Positions 16,978 through 26,207 of a DNA stretch of 64,000 nucleotides are shown here, piece after piece; position 1 is the first letter of the stretch; each line of letters begins with the position of its first letter. The notes under the pieces were generated by a model. The model ran no database searches and was not told the origin of the DNA. It saw nothing but the letters and a program-made list of their open reading frames with translations. The stretch covers positions 2,150,612-2,214,611 of the forward strand of contig OY282448.1 of assembly GCA_958296175.1 (NCBI GenBank). Direction: 5' to 3'. This stretch comes from an uncultured Chloroflexota bacterium (GTDB lineage: Bacteria; Chloroflexota; UBA11872). A program made the position numbers and the translations under genes.

Positions 16978-17799
16978 ATGTCTGACGTCGACCAGGCCCT
17001 GCCGGACGCCGCCTCCCAGGAGGGACTCGGCGGCGTGATGACGCTGCGCGAGCATCTGGACGAGCTGCGCAAGCGCCTCACCATTGCCGTGCTGGCCGTC
17101 ATCGTCTGCAGCTTCGTGGTGTGGCCGTTCAAGGACTGGGTCTTCCAGTTCGTGCAGCTGCCGCTGCCGCGCGGCGCCATCTTGCAGCAGATCGCCGTCA
17201 CCGAAACCCTGTTCACGTTCATCAAGATCTCCTTCATCGTGGGGATCGGCCTGGCCAGCCCCATCGTGGTGTACCAGGTGCTGGCCTACGTGGCGCCCGG
17301 GCTGTACGGGCACGAAAAACGCTGGCTGTATCTCAGCATTCCCGTCATCGCGGCGGCCTTCCTGGCGGGGGCCGCCTTTGCCTGGTTCGTGGTGCTGCGC
17401 TTCACCGTCGGGTTCCTGGCCGGATTCGCGCCCGCCTCCATCAGCACCGAGTTCACCGTGGACGGCTGGGTCACCTTCGTGCTGCGCATCCTGCTGGCCG
17501 TGGGACTTGCCTTTGAGACGCCCTTCGTCATCTTCGCCCTGGCCAAGATCGGCCTGGTGTCCGCCGACACCCTGGCGCGTCAACGCCGCTACGCCATCGT
17601 GGCCATCGCCATCGTCTCCGCCGTCATCACCCCCACGCCCGACCCCTTCACCCAAGCCTCCGTCGGCATCCCGCTCTACGCCCTCTACGAAGTCGGCGTC
17701 GTGCTCGCCCGCGTCGCCGTCCCCGCCGACCGCCCCGACCCCGACGAAGAACCTCCCGACGAAGACACCCCCGCCGACACCCAACCCACAACCCCCTAA
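16978..17799 (+). CDS. tatC: Sec-independent protein translocase TatC
   Basis: TatC signature LREHLDELRKRL and six hydrophobic segments; acidic/Pro-rich C-terminal tail. Confidence 0.9.
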   Translation: MSDVDQALPDAASQEGLGGVMTLREHLDELRKRLTIAVLAVIVCSFVVWPFKDWVFQFVQLPLPRGAILQQIAVTETLFTFIKISFIVGIGLASPIVVYQVLAYVAPGLYGHEKRWLYLSIPVIAAAFLAGAAFAWFVVLRFTVGFLAGFAPASISTEFTVDGWVTFVLRILLAVGLAFETPFVIFALAKIGLVSADTLARQRRYAIVAIAIVSAVITPTPDPFTQASVGIPLYALYEVGVVLARVAVPADRPDPDEEPPDEDTPADTQPTTP

Positions 17800-17892
17800 C
17801 TCTTCTAGCTCCCCTTCCACGAAGTCGGCGTCGTTCTCGCCCACAGCTCTTGTCCCCTCCCCTCCCCCCACGCCCGATTGGGACCCGCGCCG

Positions 17893-18045
17893 CGTTCTTT
17901 TCTTTCCCCTCGCCCCCGCGCCGCGGGGAGAGGTTCAGGGTGAGGGGCGGCCCCGACGCCAGATGAGGCCCCGTGCCCCGTTCTTTTCTTTCCCCTCTCC
18001 CCGCGCCGCGGGGAGAGGGTTAGGGTGAGGGGCGGCCCCGACGCC
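17893..18045. repeat. Two ~68-bp near-identical direct repeats, each carrying GC palindromes, in the tatC/rluD convergent intergenic region
   Basis: Copy 1 ~17893-17960 and copy 2 ~17979-18045 (CGTTCTTTTCTTTCCCCTC.CCCCGCGCCGCGGGGAGAGG.TT.AGGGTGAGGGGCGGCCCCGACGCC), period ~86 bp. In addition ~17816-17850 repeats the last ~33 nt of tatC (~17689-17722). Confidence 0.6.
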
Positions 18046-18093
18046 GCCCGCGCGTCCCATCGGCAATCCCCCCAGCCAGGCCCTCCGGAGTCC

Positions 18094-19050
18094 TCACTCG
18101 CCGCCAGGCGTCAGCGGCCCCGAGGGCGGCGTTTCTGGCACCGGCAACCCCAGGCGAGCGGCAGCCTGCTGGAAGTCTTCGGGCGGCGCGGCGGCGGCGA
18201 GCCAGCGTTGGCCTGCGGGGTCGAAGAAAGTCAGCGTCCAGGCGTGCAGGAGGGGGCGGGCGGCGCCGGGGGCCTCGCCGCCGTACGCGGCATCGCCCAG
18301 AATCGGGTGGCCGATGGCGGCCGCGTGGACGCGAATCTGGTGGGTGCGGCCGGTTTCCGGGCGCGCGTCCAACAGCGACGCGCCGGCGCCGCGCGCCAGC
18401 ACCTGGTAGTCGGTTTGCGCGGGGCGGCCGCGGCGCGCCACGGCCATGCGCGTGCGTTTCGCGGGGTGGCGGCCGATGGCGGCGTCGATGCGTCCGCGCG
18501 GCGCCGACGGCGTTCCCTTCACAATCAGCAGGTAGCGCTTGCCCACGCGCCGCTGCTCGAACTCCCGCGCCAGATGCGCGTAGGCCGCGGGAGTGCGCGC
18601 CGCCGCCACCACGCCGGACGTGTCCTTGTCCAGCCGATGCACGATCCCGGGCCGCCGCGGATGGCCCACCGCGCGCATCTCCGGAAAGTGCGCCAGCAGC
18701 CGGTGCGCCAGCGTCCCGCTGGCCGTCCCCGCGCCGGGATGCATCACCAGGCCGGCCGGCTTGTCGATCACCACAAAGTCGTCGGTGGCCAGCACGCGCG
18801 CCAGCGGCCCCGGCTCTGGCTTCAGCTCGGCACGGTCGGGCGGCGTCTCGATGCAAACCGTGTCGCCGTGGCGGAGCCGGCGGCTGGCAGGCGCCGGCGC
18901 GCCGTTCACCGTGACCCGGCCCGCGCGAATCAACCGTGCAACCCGTGAGCGCGTGAGGTCCGCCGCCTGCGCTGCGGCGAACACGTCCAGCCGCACGGCG
19001 CTCGATGCGCCGGTGTAGGTAAGGTCGATCCGGCGCGGCTCGCCGCTCAT
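18094..19050 (-). CDS. rluD: RluA-family 23S rRNA pseudouridine synthase (RluD-like) with S4 domain
   Basis: S4-like N-terminus (VRLDVFAA...RSRVARLIRAGRVTVNG) and catalytic HRLDKDTSGVV motif. Confidence 0.85.
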   Translation of the reverse strand: MSGEPRRIDLTYTGASSAVRLDVFAAAQAADLTRSRVARLIRAGRVTVNGAPAPASRRLRHGDTVCIETPPDRAELKPEPGPLARVLATDDFVVIDKPAGLVMHPGAGTASGTLAHRLLAHFPEMRAVGHPRRPGIVHRLDKDTSGVVAAARTPAAYAHLAREFEQRRVGKRYLLIVKGTPSAPRGRIDAAIGRHPAKRTRMAVARRGRPAQTDYQVLARGAGASLLDARPETGRTHQIRVHAAAIGHPILGDAAYGGEAPGAARPLLHAWTLTFFDPAGQRWLAAAAPPEDFQQAAARLGLPVPETPPSGPLTPGGE

Positions 19051-19101
19051 CGTGCTGCGCCGCGGCTGTACGGGTGCGCAGGACGGCCGGCCGCGCAGAT
19101 G

Positions 19102-19974
19102 TTACCTGTCCGCCTGGGCGCTGGTGCGCACGTCGATCTCGCCAATGGAGACGTACGCCGCGTGCCCGTGGTTGGACGACACGCGCAGCACGACGTAGCG
19201 CGCGATGCTGATCGGGAACTCGATGCGGGTTTCGGGCTGCGCGTCCAGGTCTACGTCGCGCGCCAGCGCCAGCTCCGCCGCGTCGATGCGCGGGTCGGCG
19301 TCGTACGAGGTCAGCACCTGCAGCCGCCGCGGATAGCTGGCCGGCGGCTCGGACGGGTGATTGCGGATGGTGACGCTGGCCACCGGGCTGCGCAGGTTGA
19401 GCTTCAGCACCAGGTCGAGCGGGAAGGCCGTGTCGGCCGACCGCCAGGCGGGGAAGTCGGGGTGCACCAGCCCGTCGATCAAGGCGTCCGCCTCGTGGCC
19501 CGCCTGCGAGCCGCCCGCGGCAGTGGCCCGGCCGCCCACCGCCGCCGCCGAGACCAGCGCCCCGCGGGTCGGGTCGGACCCGTCGAACAGCAGCTGCATC
19601 TTCACGGCCAGGTCGCGGCGCAGGTCGCTGCCGTTGGAAACGACGTACAGCTGCGCCGCCATGGCCAGCGACAGCGCCATGACGATCCCGAACGGGATCC
19701 AGTTGACGCTCCAGAGGCTGCGCCGCAGCGAGGTGCGCCGCAGTTCGGCGCGGCGTTCCAGCTGTCCGCGGCAGACCGTGCACACGTGGCCCCAGGCCGT
19801 GTCGTGCATGGCCTCGTCGCAAAAGAGCCGCCCGCAGTGGTCGCAGCGCTGCGACGCTACGCGCGTGGGGTAGACCGTGCAGCGGTAGAGCGCCATCTCC
19901 CGCGCGCCCTGTGGAAACAGCCGCCGGCTGGGCGGCCGCTTCGGCGGCTCGGCAAAGGGGTCGAGCGTAGTCAT
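19102..19974 (-). CDS. Hypothetical membrane protein: N-terminal zinc ribbon, one TM helix, C-terminal discoidin (F5/8 type C)-like domain
   Basis: CxxC...CxxC cluster (CDHCGRLFC...CTVCRG), TM segment WIPFGIVMALSLAMAAQLYVV, and a C-terminal ...ARYVVLRVSSNHGHAAYVSIGEIDV resembling the end of galactose-binding/discoidin domains. True start may be the internal Met (MALYRC...). Confidence 0.45.
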   Translation of the reverse strand: MTTLDPFAEPPKRPPSRRLFPQGAREMALYRCTVYPTRVASQRCDHCGRLFCDEAMHDTAWGHVCTVCRGQLERRAELRRTSLRRSLWSVNWIPFGIVMALSLAMAAQLYVVSNGSDLRRDLAVKMQLLFDGSDPTRGALVSAAAVGGRATAAGGSQAGHEADALIDGLVHPDFPAWRSADTAFPLDLVLKLNLRSPVASVTIRNHPSEPPASYPRRLQVLTSYDADPRIDAAELALARDVDLDAQPETRIEFPISIARYVVLRVSSNHGHAAYVSIGEIDVRTSAQADR

Positions 19975-20106
19975 GCGCGGAGGCTCCGCCGCCAGCGCGG
20001 GATTGCGCCCAGAGCCGCGGCGCGGCGCGCCCGCTCCTTATACTTGCGGGGTCCGGCCGGCGACGGCGCGTGCGCAGGCACCTCCGGCGTCCATATACGT
20101 GGTGTC

Positions 20107-20676
20107 GTGTTCAGGCGTAACCGCAGCGTACTGCTCGAAATCGTGGAGACCATACTGCTGGCGGCGCTCATCTTCTTTGGCACGCGGCTGTTGGTGCAAA
20201 ACTTTCGCGTGGACGGCCCCAGCATGTCGCCCAATCTGACCGGCGCCGAGTTCCTGTTGGTCAACAAGCTCTCGTATCTGGCGTCCGACCCCAAGCGCGG
20301 GGACATTATCGTCTTTCGCTCCCCGCGCAATCCAGACGAGGACCTGGTGAAGCGCGTCGTTGGCTTGCCGACGGAGGTGGTGGAAATCCGCGGCGAGCAG
20401 GTGTTCGTGGACGGGCAGGTTGTGGACGAGTCGAAATACTTCAGCGGGCAGATCGGCCGCGACACGCTGGCGCAGCGCGTGCCCGAGGGGGCGTACTTCG
20501 TGATGGGCGACAACCGCTTGCAGAGCCGCGACTCGCGCGACATCGGCGCGGTGCCGCGCGACGCCATCGTGGGGCAGGTGTTGCTGGTGTATTGGCCGTT
20601 CGATGAATTCGGCCTGTTGCCCGACGCCTCCCCCACGCTGGCGCCGGCCCCGCAGCGGGCGGCCGCGCCAGCCTGA
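20107..20676 (+). CDS. lepB: Signal peptidase I
   Basis: VDGPSMSPNL (Ser box), KRVVGLPTEVVEI, GDNRLQSRDSRDIG. It is the 3' portion of the long 19099..20676 ORF, whose 5' part is antisense to the preceding gene; GTG 20107 is the proposed start. Confidence 0.8.
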   Translation: MFRRNRSVLLEIVETILLAALIFFGTRLLVQNFRVDGPSMSPNLTGAEFLLVNKLSYLASDPKRGDIIVFRSPRNPDEDLVKRVVGLPTEVVEIRGEQVFVDGQVVDESKYFSGQIGRDTLAQRVPEGAYFVMGDNRLQSRDSRDIGAVPRDAIVGQVLLVYWPFDEFGLLPDASPTLAPAPQRAAAPA

Positions 20677-20690
20677 GCGGCGCGGGGCGG

Positions 20691-21149
20691 CTACCCGCCC
20701 CAGGCGCGCGCGATGCGGTCCCGCGTTTGCTCCAGAGTCTCGGGCAGCACCTTCACGTCGGCGGTGACTGGCATGAAGCTGGTGTCGCCGCTCCAGCGGG
20801 GCACGACGTGGAAGTGCACGTGGCCAGGGATGCCCGCGCCCGCCGCCGACCCGAGGTTCATGCCAATGTTGAACCCGTCCGGCGCCAGCGCGCGGCGCAG
20901 GACGGCCTGCGAATCCACCACCAGCGCCATCAGCGCGGAGGCCTCGTCCGTGTCCAACTCCTCCAGCTCCGCCGCGTGGCGGTAGGGCAGCACCAGCAGG
21001 TGCCCGTTGTTGTAGGGATACAGGTTCAGCACCACGTAGGCCAGCGCGCCGGCGTGGACGATTAGCCCAGGCAGCTCCGCGGCCTGTTGGCGCGCGACGC
21101 AAAACGGGCACGCGCGCTCGCCGCGCTCGTCGTCGGTGACGTAGGACAT
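20691..21149 (-). CDS. HIT-family (histidine triad) hydrolase
   Basis: HVHFHVVPR histidine triad and ~150 aa size; internal Met start (MSYVTDDE...). Confidence 0.8.
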   Translation of the reverse strand: MSYVTDDERGERACPFCVARQQAAELPGLIVHAGALAYVVLNLYPYNNGHLLVLPYRHAAELEELDTDEASALMALVVDSQAVLRRALAPDGFNIGMNLGSAAGAGIPGHVHFHVVPRWSGDTSFMPVTADVKVLPETLEQTRDRIARAWGG

Positions 21150-21307
21150 GCGCCAGGGGCTCCACAAGCGCTGGGAAGGCAGACGACGCTCCAACTGGCG
21201 GGCTGCGCCGCGGCTGCGCCGCGGGCCGCGTGATGGCGCGTCGATCATACCCAGCAGCAATACCCAGCGGCCCCGCCGCCGCGCGGCTCGACTGCTACGA
21301 TCGCGCC

Positions 21308-22519
21308 ATGCCGCTCAGCGACTTCTACAGCCCCATTGCGCAAGCGATGGAGCAAAACCCGCTGCGCCCCAACTGGGCCATGCAGCGCCCCGGCCTGATC
21401 AGTCTGGCCTACGGCTTCCCCGACGCCGCCAGCTTCCCCTACCAGGAGCTGGCCGCCGCCGCCGCGCGTCTCATGGCCGACCGCACGGCCGACGCCTTGC
21501 AGTACGGCCCGGTCTCGGGGCCCGAACCGTTGCGGCGCTTCCTGGCGGATTGGGTCAACACCACCGAGGGGCTGGACGTCGGCCCCGACAACATCATGAT
21601 CACCAGCGGCGCCTCGCAGGGCATCGCCCTGGCCGCGCGGCTGCTGACGCCGCCGGGCGGAACCGTCATCGTGGAGTCCCCCACGTTCATCGGCGCCCTG
21701 TGGTTCCTGCGCGGCCTGGGCATCGACGTCGCGGGCGTGGCCACGGACGGCCAGGGCATCGTGCCGGCTGACCTGCGGCGCGTGGTGCTCGGTCTGCGCC
21801 GGCGCGGCGCCGACGTATCGCTGGTGTACACCATGCCCACCGTGCACAACCCGGGCGGGTTCGACGCGCCGGTCGAGCGCCGCCGCGAACTGGCCGAGCT
21901 GGCCCACGACCTGGGCCTGCTGTTCCTGGAGGACGACGCGTACGGCGACCTGATCTACGACGGCGAGCGTCCGCCGGCGCTGTACACCCTCGCCGGACGC
22001 GACCGGGTCATCAAGCTGGGCACGCTGTCCAAACTCGTGGCCGGCGGCATGCGGCTCGGCTGGGCGGTGGCGGACCCGGAGGACATCTCGCGCATGTGCG
22101 CGCTCAAGGCGGACAGCGCCACCAGTCCGTTTGCCGCCTGGGTCACGGCCGCCTACCTGGCCACCGGCGCGCTGCGCGAGCGCCTGCCCGACCTGCGGCG
22201 CATGTATCGCGCGCGCCGCGACGTCATGCTGGAGGAGCTGGCGCCGCTGCGCGAGGTCGGCTGCCGCTGGGTCGTGCCGTCCGGCGGCTTCTTCGTCTGG
22301 CTGCGCCTGCCCCAGGGCTTCGACAGCGAAGACATTCGCGCGCGCGCCGAAGCGCAGGGCGTGACCTACCTGGCGGGACATCATTGCTTTGCCGACGGCG
22401 CAGACCGCCGCCACCTGCGGCTGGCGTTCAGTTACCTGCCAGACGATCAGATTCGGGAAGGGACCCGCCGCCTGACGGCAGTGCTGCGCGCGGAGCTGGC
22501 GGCGGCGGCCGCGGGCTGA
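21308..22519 (+). CDS. PLP-dependent aminotransferase, class I/II (2-aminoadipate/LysN-like)
   Basis: PLP-lysine region LSKLVAGGMRLGW and overall fold-type-I pattern; start taken at MPLSDF. Confidence 0.75.
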   Translation: MPLSDFYSPIAQAMEQNPLRPNWAMQRPGLISLAYGFPDAASFPYQELAAAAARLMADRTADALQYGPVSGPEPLRRFLADWVNTTEGLDVGPDNIMITSGASQGIALAARLLTPPGGTVIVESPTFIGALWFLRGLGIDVAGVATDGQGIVPADLRRVVLGLRRRGADVSLVYTMPTVHNPGGFDAPVERRRELAELAHDLGLLFLEDDAYGDLIYDGERPPALYTLAGRDRVIKLGTLSKLVAGGMRLGWAVADPEDISRMCALKADSATSPFAAWVTAAYLATGALRERLPDLRRMYRARRDVMLEELAPLREVGCRWVVPSGGFFVWLRLPQGFDSEDIRARAEAQGVTYLAGHHCFADGADRRHLRLAFSYLPDDQIREGTRRLTAVLRAELAAAAAG

Positions 22520-22589
22520 CGCCCGGCCGCAGAAGCGCGGCGCTCGCCGCCAGCCGGCGCGGACAGGAGCCGGCAGTCGTTCGCGTGGT

Positions 22590-23633
22590 CTAGCGCGCGC
22601 CGGCGGCCGCGGCCTGCGGCCGTTCCGCCCGCCGGTCGACAGGCGCCGCGGTCCACGTCAGCGCCGCCGCCGCCCAAGCCAGCCCGGCGCCGAAGCCCAC
22701 CAGCACCACGCGGTCGCCCGGCTGCACGCGGCCCTCGTGCAGCGCCTCGCACAGAGCGATGGGGATGGAACCGGCTGACGTGTTGCCGTAGCGGTCTGCG
22801 TTCACGAACACCCGCGCCATGGGAATGCCCGCGCCGCGCGCCGCCGACCTGATGATGCGCAGGTTGGCCTGATGCGGAATGAACAGGTCCACCTCGTCGG
22901 GCGCCAGGCCGGCCGTGCGCATGACCTGGCGCGCCGCGTCGGCCGTGGCCTTCACGGCGAACTTATAGACCTCGCGCCCGTTCATGCGCAGGAAGTGGTC
23001 GCCGGCCGCCAGCGCGGCGGCCGAGGCCGGCTGCCGACTACCGCCGGCCTGTTGGATGAGCAGCCCGGCGCCGGCGCCGTCCGACCCGACCGCCGTGCTC
23101 AAGATGCCGCCGCCGTCGTCCGCGGCCTGCATCACCACGGCGCCCGCGCCGTCCCCAAACAGCACGCAGGTCGAGCGGTCCGTCCAGTCCACCACGCGCG
23201 ACATGGTGTCGGAACCGATGAGCAGCACGGTGCGGTGCGCGCCGGATTCGATCAGGCTGCGCACCACCGCCATGCCGTACACGAAGCCCGCGCAGGCGGC
23301 GTTCAGATCGAACGCGCCGGCCCGTGCGGCGCCGATGGCGTCTTGCACCAGGCTGGCGGTGGCTGGAAACCCGTATTCGGGCGTCAGCGTGGCCACCACC
23401 ACCAGGTCCACGTCGATGGGCTGCACGCCGGCCACCTGCAGCGCCTGCTCGGCGGCGCTGCGCGCCAGAGTGAAGGTGGACTCGTGCTCGGCGGCGATGC
23501 GGCGCTCGTGGATGCCGGTGCGCGACACGATCCACGCGTCCGAGGTGTCGATCATCCGTTCCAGGTCGGTGTTGGTGCGGACCTGTGCTGGAACGGCCAT
23601 GCCCCAGCCAACGATCGTTGCCGCGCGCGTCAC
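22590..23633 (-). CDS. fabH: 3-oxoacyl-[ACP] synthase III
   Basis: AWIVSRTGIHERR and active-site NAACAGFVYG..., H..N catalytic residues; GTG start preceded by GGAGG. Confidence 0.9.
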   Translation of the reverse strand: MTRAATIVGWGMAVPAQVRTNTDLERMIDTSDAWIVSRTGIHERRIAAEHESTFTLARSAAEQALQVAGVQPIDVDLVVVATLTPEYGFPATASLVQDAIGAARAGAFDLNAACAGFVYGMAVVRSLIESGAHRTVLLIGSDTMSRVVDWTDRSTCVLFGDGAGAVVMQAADDGGGILSTAVGSDGAGAGLLIQQAGGSRQPASAAALAAGDHFLRMNGREVYKFAVKATADAARQVMRTAGLAPDEVDLFIPHQANLRIIRSAARGAGIPMARVFVNADRYGNTSAGSIPIALCEALHEGRVQPGDRVVLVGFGAGLAWAAAALTWTAAPVDRRAERPQAAAAGAR

Positions 23634-23820
23634 AAACGCCTCCGAAACCCGTCGTTCGAGTCGATCAGGCTGCTAGAGCATAGCCGGCAGCGTTGGCGAG
23701 CCGCGACCCGCCGCCGCTGCCCGTGCCGCCCGGCCTGCCGCGGCGCGCCGGGTCTCGCTGATACACTCAAACGCCGATTGATGCATGTTGTCGCGGTGGT
23801 CGTTCATGAGCGAGGACGGC

Positions 23821-25056
23821 ATGACAAAGAGAGTCGTCGTCACCGGCGTCGGCGCGGTGACGCCGCTCGGGCTTAGCGCCGAAGACACCTGGAAGGCCAC
23901 GCTCGATGGCCGGAACGGGATCGGCCCCATCACGGCTTTTGACGCCTCGGAGTTCAGCAGCTCGATCGCCGGCGAGGTCAAGGGCTGGGACGCCAACGCG
24001 CAGATCGGGCGGCGGCAGGCGCGGCGCACCGACCGGTTCGCACAGTTCGCCATCGTGTCGGCGCGGCAGGCCGTGGCCGACGCCGGCCTGGAGATCACCG
24101 ACGACAACCGCGCCTCGATCGGTTGCTTCATCGGCAGCGGCATCGGCGGGTTGCTGGTGCTGGAAGAGCAGGTGCATCTGCTGCGCGACCGCGGCCCCAG
24201 GCGCGTCTCGCCGTTTATGATCCCCGAAATCATTGCCAACATGGCCGCGGGGCTGGTGTCCATCGACCTGAAGATTGGCGGCCCGAACATTGCCATCGTC
24301 ACGGCCTGCGCCAGCGGCGCCCACTCCATCGGCGAAGCGGCGGCCTCGATTCGGCGCGGCGTGGCCGACGTGATACTGGCCGGCGGCACCGAAGCCGCGA
24401 TCGGGCCGATCGGCCTGGCCGGATTCTGCGCCGGGCGCGCGTTGAGCACGCGCAACGACGACTACGAGCACGCCTCGCGCCCGTTCGACCTGAACCGCGA
24501 CGGCTTCGTGGCCGCGGAAGGCGCCGGCGTGCTGGTGCTGGAGAGTTACGAGCACGCGGCCGCGCGCGGCGCGCCCATGCGCGCCGAAATCCTGGGCTAC
24601 GGGCTGAGCTCCGACGCCTTTCACGTCACCCAGCCGCCGGCCGACGGTGACGGCGCGGCGCGCTCCATGCAGGCGGCGCTGGACGACGCGCGGCTGGACG
24701 CCTCGCAGATCGACTACGTCAACGCCCACGGCACCTCCACCCCGGCAGGCGACCTGGCCGAGTCGAACGCCATCAAACAGGTGTTCGACGGCTCAGCGGC
24801 CACGGCGCCCGTCAGTTCCACCAAGTCGATGATGGGGCACCTGATCGGCGCCGCGGGCGCGGTGGAGCTGCTGCTCTGCATGTGCGCCATCCGCGACGGG
24901 GCGATCCCGCCGACCACCAACTACGAGACGCCGGACCCCGAGTGCGACCTGGATTACGTCCCAAACGAAGCGCGCGACCTGCCCGTCGCGCGCGCGATGT
25001 CGAACAGCTTCGGCTTCGGCGGGCACAACGCTTCGCTGATCGTCGGCGCAGTGTAG
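23821..25056 (+). CDS. fabF: 3-oxoacyl-[ACP] synthase II
   Basis: KRVVVTGVGAVTPLG, active-site TACASG, HGTSTPAGD, C-terminal GFGGHNASL; Met 23821 preceded by GAGGA. Confidence 0.9.
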   Translation: MTKRVVVTGVGAVTPLGLSAEDTWKATLDGRNGIGPITAFDASEFSSSIAGEVKGWDANAQIGRRQARRTDRFAQFAIVSARQAVADAGLEITDDNRASIGCFIGSGIGGLLVLEEQVHLLRDRGPRRVSPFMIPEIIANMAAGLVSIDLKIGGPNIAIVTACASGAHSIGEAAASIRRGVADVILAGGTEAAIGPIGLAGFCAGRALSTRNDDYEHASRPFDLNRDGFVAAEGAGVLVLESYEHAAARGAPMRAEILGYGLSSDAFHVTQPPADGDGAARSMQAALDDARLDASQIDYVNAHGTSTPAGDLAESNAIKQVFDGSAATAPVSSTKSMMGHLIGAAGAVELLLCMCAIRDGAIPPTTNYETPDPECDLDYVPNEARDLPVARAMSNSFGFGGHNASLIVGAV

Positions 25057-25111
25057 CCGGGCCGACGGAGAGGACGTTCGACCGCTGAGTCTCCAGGTCG
25101 ACGCCCGGCGC

Positions 25112-25561
25112 GTGCGAGCCTTGATGCAGACGATGCGGCAGCACGACTTGCTGGAGCTGGAAATCCGCATCGGCGCGCAGCGGGTGGCGCTGCGCCGCGC
25201 GGGCGCGCGCCCGCGTGCGGCGGCGGCAGACGCGCTGGCGGTCGAGGCGCCGCCTCCGCCGCCGCCCGCGCCGGCCGGTGCGGCGGTGGCCTCGCCGCTG
25301 GCCGGGACGTACTATGCCTCGCCGCGGCCGGGCGCCGAGCCGTTCGTGCGCGTCGGCGCGCACGTCGGCGTGGGCACGGTGATCGGCGTCATCGAGGCCA
25401 TGAAGGTGTTCAACGAGATCACTTCCGACCAGGACGGCAACGTCATAGCTATTCTGGTCGAGAACGGCGACACTGTGGCTGCGGGACAGCCGTTGATACG
25501 GTTGGACACGGGCACGGACGCCGCCGGCGTATCGGCGACCGGCCGAAAGGATGCGGGGTGA
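25112..25561 (+). CDS. accB: Biotin carboxyl carrier protein of acetyl-CoA carboxylase
   Basis: Biotinyl-lysine motif EAMKVFNEI and a Pro/Ala-rich linker. Confidence 0.85.
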   Translation: MRALMQTMRQHDLLELEIRIGAQRVALRRAGARPRAAAADALAVEAPPPPPPAPAGAAVASPLAGTYYASPRPGAEPFVRVGAHVGVGTVIGVIEAMKVFNEITSDQDGNVIAILVENGDTVAAGQPLIRLDTGTDAAGVSATGRKDAG

Positions 25562-25568
25562 CGTTGCA

Positions 25569-26207
25569 ATGAGCGTGCTGGCTGGCCGGCGCGTGGCCGG
25601 AGTCGAACCCAGACAGGCCGCTGCGGATGCGGTGCTGGTCGTCGTCTTCGCCCTGCTCATGATCCCCGCCGCGCAGGCCAAGATCGAGGCCGAGCCTGTG
25701 CCCTACACGCTCCAGCTGCTGTTCGTGGTGCTGACGGGGCTGGCTCTGGGGCCGTGGCGCGGCGCCGCCGCCATGGCGCTGTACGCCGTCATGGGCTTCG
25801 GCGGGCTGCCCGTGTTTGCGCGCGGCGGCGGGCTCGCCTATGTCCTGACCCCGACCGCCGGCTACATCTACGGGTTCGTGGTCGGCGCGTTCGTCACCGG
25901 CATGACGGCCCGCATCCTGTCACAGCGCGTCGGCGTGTCCGACACCGGCAGCCGCGGCGCGATTGGGCGCTTCCTGCGCGTCGACCTGATCGCGGCGCTG
26001 GCGGGCGTGCCGTTCATTTATCTCTTTGGCGTAAACCACCTGGCTCTTTACTATGTGCTGGCAACCGACGAGGCCAACCCGTGGGGACGGGCGTGGTCCG
26101 CCGGTGCTGGTATTTTCGTTTGGTACGACATTCTGAAGGCTGCAATTGCCGCCGCGCTCGTGAGCAGCGCCGGTATGCGAAAAGAGGGAACGCGTGGGAA
26201 CCGTTGA
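25569..26207 (+). CDS. bioY: Biotin transporter BioY (ECF S-component)
   Basis: ~210 aa polytopic protein with BioY-like pattern (PYTLQLLFVVLTGLALGP...GGLAYVLTPTAGYIYGF). Confidence 0.8.
   Translation: MSVLAGRRVAGVEPRQAAADAVLVVVFALLMIPAAQAKIEAEPVPYTLQLLFVVLTGLALGPWRGAAAMALYAVMGFGGLPVFARGGGLAYVLTPTAGYIYGFVVGAFVTGMTARILSQRVGVSDTGSRGAIGRFLRVDLIAALAGVPFIYLFGVNHLALYYVLATDEANPWGRAWSAGAGIFVWYDILKAAIAAALVSSAGMRKEGTRGNR

Noticed and set aside
17893-18045. CRISPR array
   Set aside because: Only two repeat copies, separated by 18 bp, no unique spacers of 25-40 bp and no cas genes; better explained as an intergenic palindromic repeat/terminator element.
19102-19974. Zinc-binding anti-sigma factor (ZAS) assignment for the Zn-ribbon/TM protein
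   Set aside because: No HxxxCxxC ZAS motif in canonical spacing and no ECF sigma factor gene adjacent; kept as hypothetical.
23600-23660. Second Rex half-site (TCACAAACGCC) upstream of fabH
   Set aside because: Only a half-site, and it overlaps the fabH GTG start codon and its GGAGG RBS context; the shared 11-mer with the nuoA site is most likely coincidental.
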